From the human T2T-CHM13v2.0 reference genome, Homo sapiens, in the NCBI RefSeq assembly GCF_009914755.1, contig NC_060944.1: 64,000 nucleotides of DNA, one strand, 5' to 3'. The position numbers and the translations under genes are program-made. This document shows positions 53,740-64,000 of the stretch, in pieces. Positions within the stretch are counted from its first letter, which is position 1, and each line of letters starts with the position of its first letter. Below the pieces are notes generated by a model, which was not told the DNA's origin, searched no databases, and saw only the letters and a program-made list of their open reading frames with translations.

Positions 53740-54027
53740 TCACTCAGAGCATCTCAGCCTAAACATCACCTCGCCACACCAGCCTCCCCTGATCACTTGA
53801 GTTGATACAGCTCTTCTCATCCCCAGTTACTTCCCTATCCCATCGCCCATGTTATTTCCTAGGTCTTATTGAATTTATGTGTTAGTTATTATTTTCTGTC
53901 CCCTCCCACTAGAATGCAAGCTCCATGTCCTTATCCGTCTTGTCCCCAATCTTAACATAGCGTCTAACACATAGTGGAAGCCCCATACGTATGTTAAATT
54001 TATGAAATGAATGAATGGATGAATGAA
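53740..54027 (+). mobile_element. L2 LINE 3' end
   Basis: cccactagaatgcaagctccatg...acacatagtgg...gaatgaatggatgaatgaat. Confidence 0.75.
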
Positions 54028-54260
54028 TATGAGCATCATTGGGAGATGCTAGATAAAGCTAACAACCTAGCATGGAATTCATGGGTCTCTAGAGAATACG
54101 CTCCCCAAGGTGTTTGTGGGAAGTTTTGTAAAAGAGTGTGTTAAAATGTACACACATGGTGGATGGGCTGGGAGAGAACTATGGGAGAAAATTAACAATC
54201 TGTGCTTTGTTCTTCACTTGAGTTATGCGTGATTAGCTTCCAATGAAAAAGACATTTCTT

Positions 54261-54283
54261 CACACACACACACGAATTCATGT

Positions 54284-54319
<36 letters not shown>

Positions 54320-54320
54320 A
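54261..54320. repeat. Interrupted (CA)n microsatellite
   Basis: Two CA runs separated by gaattcatgtgt. Confidence 0.85.
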
Positions 54321-54359
54321 CCCCCCAGAGTCTCTTATATGTGAGTCTATCTCCTAGAC

Positions 54360-54578
54360 TTGTGGTTCTCAGCCAGAGGCAATTTTGTCCCCCAGGAGAC
54401 ATTGGCAAAGTCTGGAAACATTTTAAATTGTCACAACTTGGGGTGGGAGAGCTACTGGCATCCGATAGGTAGAGGCCAGGAATGTTGCTAAATATCTTGA
54501 AACACATCCCACTTTATCACCCACTACAAAGAGTTTTCCAGCCCAATATGTCAATAGTACCAAGATTGAAAACTCTTG
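54360..54578 (+). mobile_element. MER20 hAT-Charlie MITE
   Basis: gtggttctcagcc...tttgtcccccagg...tactggcatccgataggtagaggccagg...cccaatatgtcaatagt; flanks tcctagac/ttctagaa. Confidence 0.88.
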
Positions 54579-54739
54579 TTCTAGAACCAGAAATTTACAC
54601 ATGTTTACACACACATCCATGGCATGGTAGGATCCAAAGACCATCTTGGCTAGCCAACTCTCTAATCTCTGATCATGGTGTCCAGATAACAGGACTTAAT
54701 CTCATTTTGAAATCTCTGTCTTTTTAAAGTTTTGACAAA

Positions 54740-54925
54740 TATTTACCAGAAAACCTCTTATGAAGCCAACACTTTCATATCTATTCTCTCATTTAGGGAG
54801 TATTGCAAAATCCCGTTTTACTAATGTGGAAGCTAAGACTCAGGGAAGTTAAGTCATTTGTCAAAGTTACGCAGCTAGAAATTGCAGAGTCAGGGTTCAA
54901 GCACCTATTTCACTGAATTGTGCTC
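54740..54925 (-). mobile_element. MIR SINE
   Basis: ctaagactcagggaagttaagtcatttgtcaaagttacgcagctag...cagggttcaa. Confidence 0.7.
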
Positions 54926-55115
54926 AGATGTCTTTCTTCCGGCCACCAGCACTTCACTTCATGTTCTTTATGAATAGTTTTGTTTTACATTAATTTTCTC
55001 TGTCTGGAGAGCCCCAAGCTGACTTGCTGCATATCAGTGCTCCAAAGAGCCCTCTTGTTTAGTCAACTTCCCTATGAAAAGATACAGTGAGCACCACCTA
55101 AGAAGCATAGATACT

Positions 55116-55255
55116 TGCTGCTGCTGCTGCTGCTGCAGAAGCTTCTATCTCTCAGTTCATCTTTATTACTTCTTTGTATTTGCACTTGTACACTGCTGCA
55201 GAAGCTTCTATCTCTCAGTTCATCTTTATTCCTTCTTTTTATTTGTACTTGCGCA
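55116..55255. repeat. (TGC)7 running into a 63-bp direct tandem duplication
   Basis: Copy 1 55130-55192, copy 2 55193-55255; 5 mismatches. Confidence 0.95.
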
Positions 55256-56188
55256 ATTTGGGCAGTTCCAGGCCTTTTCTCTCAACCCCAATGTCTGCCA
55301 GTCTGGAAAGTGTCATCTGAAGCCCTCCTAGATTCAGGAGAAGTTTCCTGGGTTGTCGTCCATAGAAGAATCCCTCACACAAGGTCACCAACAACCCAGC
55401 ACCTTCCCAGGGGTGTTCTCTTGGTTCTACAGCAAGACAGCTCCACTGTAGCTATAGTGACATCCAAAGATTAATGCCATTAATGCTCCCAGTGCCACTG
55501 TGTAAATTTTTAACTCTTTCCTGCCTGCATGTTCAAGTTACACAGCCAATACACAGCACATGATAAGTGCACAGTTAATCTTTCAGATTAATCTTGACAA
55601 TAAGCAAACAAACAATAAATGAATAATATGTACATACATAAAAATAACCCAAAAGTGTTGTTATTCTTGTGGTACTTGTGTTTTAATGAAGAACTTTTTA
55701 TTTAGTTTATCTATTCGTTCAACAAATAGTTACTGAGCTTCTTTGAAGCTCTAAACCCTGTGCTAGATGCTAAAGAAAAAAGTATAAACAAAGATAGGCA
55801 AGACCCTGTCCTCAGAGAGCTTACATTCCAGTGGCAGGTCTGGACTTTGGTCATGGCCTTTTTAATGCATAATTATGAAACAGAATAAGTGATCTGAGGA
55901 AACACTGTGGGGGCTCTGAGAATGCTTATCAGGAGAATTTCACTGGATCTGGCCAGGGCTGGGCAGAGAAATCTTTCCTAAGGAAAGATCCTGAAGGGCC
56001 CTAACCTTAAAGGAAGATTCTCCAATGTGAGAGTGTTCATCACCTGCAGCAATTGATAAGCATGGCATTGGGAGTAGGATATGCCACCCTCCTGGGGTGT
56101 CACACATTCCACATGTGCTAGGTGACACCCTTTGCCAAGAAGCAGAGCTGGGCTGAACATTCAGTTTCCTAGGAGCAGTAGCTGAGTG

Positions 56189-57471
56189 CAGTAATCTTTA
56201 GACTTTCCATTTGCTTATCCCCCAAAATAACTTCTGAAAGTTTGGTGCCTCCTAGCAAAGGATATCATTTTTAAGATGGCAAATATTGAAATTGTTAAAC
56301 AAAACTGTCAAACACTTTTTAAAATGTAATCAATAGTAAGCATAGTAATTTCATACCCACCATCATCCATTTAAAAAATGAACACGCTCTCCTGTAACAG
56401 TCAGATATTTTACATCCCTCACAGACTTTTAAGCTCATGCAATATATTTTGATGCTTGAAAATCTTTAATTGTTCATTTTTATGGCTGCATAGTATTTCA
56501 TGGTGCATATGTACCACAATTTCTTTATCCAGTCAGTCACTGATGGGAATTGAGGTTGATTCCATGTCTTTGCTATTGTGAATCGTGCTGCAATGAGCAT
56601 ACGTATGCATGTGAAGAGGATCAGGAAAAATAACTAATGGGTATAGACTTAATACCTAGGTGGTAAAATAATCTGTACAACAAATCCTTATGACACAAGT
56701 TTACCTATATAACAAACCTGCACATGTACTCTTGAACTTAAAATTAAAATTTAAAAAATCTTTAATTGATCATACCTATCTGCTACAACAATATGTAAAT
56801 AAATTGACTTTTAAATTTTGTTTGTAATACCTAGGACTATGTGGTTCAAGTATTAAAAAGAATTTCCTCTATATGAATACACCATTATTATTACTAAGAC
56901 ATGAATTAAAGCAAGATATATACATTATAAATTTTGATAAATATTTATTAAGCAGAAAGAAATCAATTGTATTGGAAATTCCTCTATTAATGGGGATGAT
57001 TATGACAAATTACATGAAAGAAAGAGTGTTCAGTATCGATTCTATTTCTTTTTTGTGTTTATACACATTAAATGCCCAGAAAATGTGTTCACAAAATAGC
57101 TACATAGAAATGGAAGCTTCTTTTTTAAACATTGTTATTCAAATCATTATTGCAACTGACTATGGAACAAAAACATCAAAAATATTTTTTAATGTTTTGA
57201 ATTATCCTTTTGGTGTCCTAGAAGTTTTTTGTGATAGTCCAATGCAGAGTAATGAGACTCTCAATAAGCAAAGATATGGTCTTTTGTGTTTCTTATGGGA
57301 AATGGGAGATTATTAAATAATGAGGAGAAATTTTAGTGTTCTTAATCAGTTGGCCAAGTTTAAGGAAAGTTTATATGGAAGTTGATAATCCAAAACCAAA
57401 TTTCTTCATATGTCTCTCCGAAAATACTTATAAATCTTCAGGGTATATATACCCCAGTTTGAAGACCACTG
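56189..57471. mobile_element. hAT-Tip100 (Zaphod/MER115-like) DNA transposon fossil, split by an L1PA
   Basis: Right end gggtatatataccccagtttgaagaccactg; left end cagtaatctttagact matches its reverse complement at 12/16 (imperfect TIR); AT-rich interior. Confidence 0.55.
56473..56754 (+). mobile_element. 5'-inverted, truncated L1PA (PA11-PA13-like)
   Basis: Antisense ORF2-end piece 56473-56613 joined to sense 3' UTR 56614-56754; 14-bp TSD aaaatctttaattg at 56459-56472 and 56755-56768. Confidence 0.9.
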
Positions 57472-57744
57472 GCTTTGAGAATCCTATCAGTCTTTAATCA
57501 CCTCTAAAGACTGACAATATTCTTGGTTTTTGTTCAACATGTTGACCCTCCCCAATGTGGGCGAGAGGCCATCTCAGTGGATGTTATGAACAGCCTCATC
57601 CTCCTTCAAAGTGAAGGGCCCCCTACTGGATTTTTCACACTATATGCCAGTGCAGGGTGGATTCTCCTGTTGAGAATTAAACACCAGGAAGAGAACAGAG
57701 AGGATGGAATGAGAATGGGTAGGACAACTTGGTCTGGGAGGTCA

Positions 57745-58015
57745 AGAAACACTTAACTGGAACAGTGACATCTGACTGAGGTACAAAAGATTAATAGAAG
57801 TCAACTGGACCAGGAGGGAAAGTAGGAGAGGGAGAACATTTCAGGCAGAGAGCATGGCACATGGGAAAGGACTGAAGAAGAGAAGAGCATGAGGGTTCTT
57901 ATATGCTCAGAGGAAGAGAGTACAACTTATTCTTCATGCAATGGGAAGCCGTTGAATTGTTTTAAAGGAGGAACTAACATGGTCGGATCTATACTTCTCT
58001 ACAGTCACTCTGGAA
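57745..58015 (-). mobile_element. L2 LINE fragment
   Basis: gagaacatttcaggcagagagcatggcacatgggaaagg...gcaatgggaagccgttgaattgttttaa. Confidence 0.7.
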
Positions 58016-60594
58016 ACTGATGATTACCAAGCCCCTGAAGCATAAGTCCAGAAGAGGAATGAACAAGCTAGCCTAGAGCAAAATAGGACTGCCACCGCCT
58101 CCATACTAGACAGCAGAATGCAACCTATGATCATTACTTGGCTCTTTGCAGCCCCTTCGCAGTGTACCCCAGACACTGATGTCTCCTTCCATCTCCATGC
58201 TGTTGAGTCACTTCTCTCAAACCCTGACAGTGAACATTTGGCTTGCTAGTCCCAGAATAAGACTGCACAGCTCTTCATTCTCTCTCTTTCCAAACCAAAT
58301 TACTGATCTGTTCCTTTGTTAAATTGCTTTGGTGCCTGATGATCTATACATTTAGGTGTAATCTTCTCCCCCAGCAACTTCTCCAGATCTTTTTATTTCC
58401 TAAACAGAATGCTGGTGCAAGCTGTTAATAAATATTTTCACACCATTACACATGATATGATCTTATGAGTTGATATGGCACCTATGGTATATCTTATAGT
58501 ATAACATAACACAACATAATATATTTGAGAGTTAGTCATAATAAGTTTATTATGAATGATTTATAGCCCCAAGTAAATATGTACATGATTAATAATAATT
58601 GTTATTATGAAATGCATATTTGATTACCCAAAGCCTTTTTAGATAGTGCAAAGTTCCAGGTTAAACTGTTTCCTTGCTTTATAAAATAAGATGAGAAAAA
58701 TACCAAATTCATAACTATGAATAAATATTAAGTGACAAAATAATATATTGTAGGTAAGTCTGAGATGCCCTGGGTTGTGGTACGTGGAGAGATGTAATTC
58801 TTTTTTTGCCTACAAAACTTTTTAGATTCCTTATTGTGTCAAGCAAGTCTTTTTATAAATTTCCATGATATGATATACAAGGTTTCCCAAACACATTTGA
58901 CCACAGAGCACTTGTACAGAGAGCACCATGCTGACTGGCATTCTGCAGAACATGCTGCAGAAAACACAGTAGCTGGAGAATGTCTCAAGCTTTCTTCATT
59001 TCTTAGTGCCCTGGGATTCTTAGATCCTACTTAAACCTGTTACCAAATCCTATTTCTTGGCAAGAACATTCCTCATCCCCTCTTCTACCCTCAAGTCATC
59101 TTCTCTTGCCACCTTCAGTGCAAAATAATTTTTTTCCAAGTTTCAGTTTGGATAATTTGATCTCCTTATGGTCAAGAATCATGTCTTACTCAACTTTGTA
59201 TATTATAGTTGCCAGTTTATGGTAAGCACTTAGTAAATAGTTGTTAAGGAATGAATAGTAACCAGCATACAGCATACTTTATAAACTGTGACTCTTTTCA
59301 CCCTTCTCCTAAAACAGAATATAAGAGATTACATAAGTATGTATAGTGTATTTCAGGGACTCATTGTATGGAACTTACTGCAAATATTCACTGGTGCTTG
59401 TGGTCTTCATGGACCGTGAAGCCAGTCTTTGCATTTTGTGAACCTTAGTTGCGTGGAGCAATATTATAATACTTCCACCACTCTCTGGTTTCTTAGAAGT
59501 TACACTGCTCTTCAACTGTTTTACCCTCAGTCCAAGTTCTAGGTAAATGATTCAGGATAATCCTTCTCTTTTTTTGTTTTCAGAAGTTCATAACCAATTA
59601 GATGAGGAGATTGAGAGTTGAACTGGGGAAGTAAAAATGTAACTTGAACATCTGAAGAAAACCACTTTAGTTTCTAAATGCATTGACTTTCCTTGAGTTA
59701 CAGTAAAAAGTCAGACAAGCCACATCTCAGAAAGTGCTGTGTGCACACATTTGTACATTAGAGCCCTCCACCCCAAGAAAGCCATGCAAAGCATGCAATA
59801 CATTTCCCAGAAAAGGCAGCATCATGAAACAGATCCTCCTGGGCCACTGCTATGTGCTTCCTTCCAGCTCTGTAGCTGGGTGTTGGACTTTCTCATTTTC
59901 TGTTCTGCTCAGAAAGGCGTTTTGTTCTTGAACAAAAAATACCTGGGCAGGGAATCTCTGTCATAACTGCTTAATGCCTGGTCTTGGGGGAAGAGATGGA
60001 GATCACTGTCACTTCCCCAGTGTGGTATCCAGGAAGGACAGCAGCTCTGGAAAGCCAAGCCATGCCTTCAAAGGACCTGTACTCATCTTTGGCCATCTTT
60101 GGCCAATTGTCTGTAGTCATACTCACAGGAGATTGTAAGAGGAAAAAAATACAAATACTTCCATGAGGATATCAAGGCTTCTTACTGCCGAAAGGAGGCT
60201 GTTGAGAATTGAAACTTCTCTTCAGATCCACTGAACCTAGGCTTCTTTCCCCTCTAGCTCTATCTGAGAAGCAATATGAGAAGCAATATACAGGAGCACA
60301 TATTTTGGTGAAGCAAGTCTTCCTTCTAGTACAGATTCCACCCTTTTATAGGACTGGAATGCTTCAGATGCAGTGACCAGCCCTAAGTTTACAAAAATCA
60401 CGCTGCTCTTGCACAGCTTCCAGTCTAGTGAGAGAGAAAGGGATGTGGGAGAATGTTTATGATATATTGTAATACGGACATTTCCAAGAGAGACATTAAT
60501 TTGGGTTAACCTCATCTGTGGTACTCAGGAGAGCTAGTCAGAGACAGGAATGCTTTAAGTAGATGTTAAAGTAAGAGCAGGTGTTAACACTAAG

Positions 60595-61041
60595 GTGGGC
60601 TATATTATTCTATAGGAATACAAATTATCTAAATCTAAACGGAGAAACACAATCGAAGTTTATTTCCAGCTTATGCAAAGTCTAATTCAGATGTTCATAG
60701 TGAGACAGCTCTACTGAGTAGCTCTTGTTCACACAGTGATTTGGTATCCTCATCCACATCAATTTAGGGGTTCTGCTATTCCTTAGGACCTCAGAATTCT
60801 TCTTCTGGATCTTCAACAGATTGTCTTCATCTTCACAATGAGGAATGACACAGAATATAGATCTCTCAAGAGATTTTAAGAGTCAACCAAGAATTACCTT
60901 ACATCACTGCTATCCACATCACAGTAGCCAGAAATAGCCATGTGGCTCCACTAAATGGCAAAAGGAAGCTAGGAAAGGTAATTTTTCTGTATTCTCAAAG
61001 GAGTAGGGAAGTGTGTTTGATTATAGTATTGGTTATGCCAC
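60595..61041 (-). mobile_element. MLT1J-like MaLR LTR
   Basis: gaagtttatttcc...cacacagtgattt...catcactgctatccacat...gccagaaatagccatgtggctcc...gccaca. Confidence 0.6.
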
Positions 61042-62369
61042 AATAGGATTTGCCAAGGAGCAAGAGAAAGGTATTTCATGGGAAAGGAATGGGGATCTGG
61101 CTTTGAAAGTACATGGTGGCCTGTTCCTCAATGGGAGCACCAGGAAGAACAGAGCCTTTCAAGAAAAATATATTTGGAAATCAGACAGGAAAACTCATGG
61201 CAGACTAAGATATTTGTGGAAGAGGGTTGCAAAGAGTAGAGTTGGAAAGTTGGTCTTGGGGTCAGCTGGGGTATAAGCTGGACTATTCCAGTGAGACTAG
61301 TTCTTTCCTAAATAGTACACACTTGGTCTCCATTCCCTGTAAAAGGGACAAGTCCCCAGAGAAGTTTCTACAAAAGATGATTTGACCTATTTAAAAACAT
61401 GAGCTGGTCTTTCCATTTTTTATTTTTATGTCCAGAGAGACCCCGATGTCAGAGACCTAAAGATCTGCGAGTGAATCCAGGGTTTACTCTTCAATGCAGG
61501 AGCTTTCACCACCAGCCTTAGCCTCATGCAAACTGCTCCCTTAGTGTGCACCTGGAAGGCTTGAAATACACAGTCCGTGAGTCAAGAGCATAGGTAATTT
61601 CCAAGCAAATCCTAAATGTTGGGTTCAGAGAAGGGAGCTTTTGAGACCTATAGAGGCATGGTCTAAAATGTAGATTGGAGGCCTTCACAGAGAACTCTTT
61701 AGAAGAAGATGCAGGCCATCACAATTAGACTTGATGTCTACACCCTGTCTTCTCACTCACCTTTGTAGGCTGAGAGATCAAATGTGTTGACTGATTCTAA
61801 CTTCCATCCTGTCATGGTTTATTTTTTTAAGTTTAAATAATTATTTACTTTAATTTCTTTTGATAATATAAACATATTACAAAAATTATGTAATATGGAA
61901 AAGTAGAAAAAAAACCCAAAATCTTACTACTCAAAAATTGAGCATTGAGCAAACATTTTTCTAGAACATTCTCTATATTTAAGATGGAGGGAAGGAAGGA
62001 AGGAAGGAAGAGTGAGAGAGGATAAGGTATTACAATGAAACCATGTTTTACATCCTGGCATAGTACTTTTATGTTTTAACAGAAGCAGTGATATTTATTA
62101 AAAATTCAAAACACAAAAATGAAGTTTCAGAAAAACTGTCTTCAACTGATCCCTCATGTTAATAGGAATGCCTTCACTTAAAACTCTTCTTAAACTACTC
62201 ACTGGGGCTACCCTGCCAGCTACCATTTTTTAGTCTTTCTTGATTCCTTCATTGACCAAATATTTATTGAGGGCCTACCCTGAGCCAAGCAAGCACTAGG
62301 CTAATGCAGCAATTAGAGGGAGCAAGACTGATGCAGTTCCCATCCTCAGGCAACTTAGATAGAGAAGAG

Positions 62370-62497
62370 TGTTTCTAGAATCATGGCTCAATAGGCCAGA
62401 GAGTCTGGATTCATCGTTATAGTGTGAGGCCCAAGAACCTGCATTTTCAACAGGTCTCCAGGTGACTTAGATGCACATTGCAATTTGAGAACCACTG
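62370..62497. mobile_element. MER5A-like MITE
   Basis: ggcccaagaacctgcattttcaacaggtctccaggtgact...tttgagaaccactg. Confidence 0.75.
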
Positions 62498-62727
62498 TGC
62501 TAGCAGAGATTTTATGTCAAAAAAGATGGATAATTCATTGCCAAGAAAAAGCATGGCAGGTAAATGATTGTCTCAAGTCAGGAATCCAGGTCAGGAGTGA
62601 GCAATGGTCCAGTATGATGGAGCTAGACTGATCATTATGCACAATCCCGTGGTGTAATTATGGGTCTTCCCTGATTCATATGCGGATCTGAGTTATCACT
62701 GAAATGGTGAGGACATTTCCTTTACAG

Positions 62728-62745
62728 AAAGCAGCATCTTTACAG
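62728..62745 (+). other. Candidate 18-nt microexon or recursive splice site
   Basis: catttcctttacAG | AAAGCAGCATCTTTACAG | GTAAGG in repeat-free sequence; no transcript evidence available. Confidence 0.25.
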
Positions 62746-63268
62746 GTAAGGGACTTTGGCGGATGTTTATAGCAGGATATGTCCTTTGGGTAATCTACTA
62801 GATCCGTTTTCAAGAATTTTGATGCAGGAATGTTAACTCCAACGTCTATGAATATCTGCCAGCAGTGACTTCTGTGTGCTCTGGCAAATGTCACGAGGAC
62901 TTAGACTCTTTAGCACAAAGATTCCCAGAGAAAGGGACTGTGAACTGCTGAGGATTAGGGTCAACTCAGCTAGAAGCTGAGTCCTTGTCTTGAAATATGT
63001 AGCTAAAATAATTGTTTTTCTCTCTCTGATTGGTTGAAAGGAGATCAAAATTAAATGTGCAGAAGAAGTTAAGATCTAATGCGTATCCTGAAAGCGTGCT
63101 CAAGAAAGGTCTAGGTGAGAGAGAACTGTGCTTTCAACATTTAAATAACACTGCTTAGCATGATTACATGAAGCCAGGTAGAAATCCACTTACCTATTTA
63201 TGCAATTATGAAAACGGAATGAATACGCTGTTTGGAGGATATATAATATTCAGATGGAAACCTTCAGG

Positions 63269-63577
<309 letters not shown>

Positions 63578-64000
63578 TAACCTTCAGATTTTAATCACCC
63601 TCTAACCCTTTAAAGCCCTTTAAAGACATATCTTTAAAGATATGTGTTTCTAATGACTAATTATAAGTATTATTTTATAAAATTCTGAAGCGGTAGAGGT
63701 CTACATAAACACCTGTTAGATAATAATATTTATCATTTGAATGAGTGAGTGAATGAATGCTTGAGAAAATAAAATTTAAAAACCAGAAATTTGTAAAAAA
63801 AAAAATAAAAGGCTCTGAAACGCTAATTATCATAAACTCAGTATTTTTTTCCATGCTAGCTTATAAACTTTGTTTATATATATTTTTAGCAATATTCAGA
63901 TCTCTTTTTTTTATTGACATCAGTTTAGGCACGAGAAAAGTTTTGTGTTTCTAGACTCTGGGAAAATAAATATCGATTGTCATGAGCAGATTTAACTGAT

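Noticed and set aside
55074-55474. Poly-Cys / poly-Leu ORFs resembling a signal peptide
   Set aside because: Artefact of the (TGC)7 run and the 63-bp duplication.
56873-57316. Longest ORF in the window (147 aa)
   Set aside because: AT-rich, no recognisable domain, lies inside a decayed DNA transposon; no splice or promoter support.
59555-59640. Very strong splice acceptor (tccttctctttttttgttttcAG, ending 59583)
   Set aside because: No convincing donor downstream; isolated acceptors are common by chance.

Overview
Primate (most likely human) non-coding genomic DNA, either a large intron or a gene desert. It contains seven Alus (AluS and AluY types), L1s of several ages, many MIR and L2 relics, MaLR/ERVL solo LTRs and hAT DNA-transposon fossils. 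I found no credible protein-coding gene, RNA gene, CpG island or CRISPR array; the ORF track is explained by L1/Alu remnants and chance. The dominant structure is an ~11.4-kb nested L1 composite at 37189-48547: an old L1MA8/9-like host, a near-full-length L1MA2/3-like insert with a 12-bp TSD, and an AluY inside that with a 13-bp TSD. Three separate junctions within ~2.7 kb of this composite look like templated-insertion DNA-repair scars. Other notable items are a twin-primed 5'-inverted L1PA, two microexon-like splice configurations in unique sequence, DUX4-type motifs, several enhancer-like repeat-free islands and a 63-bp tandem duplication. I do not see evidence for a new biological system. 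Subfamily names come from recalled consensus features, and boundaries of old repeats are approximate.
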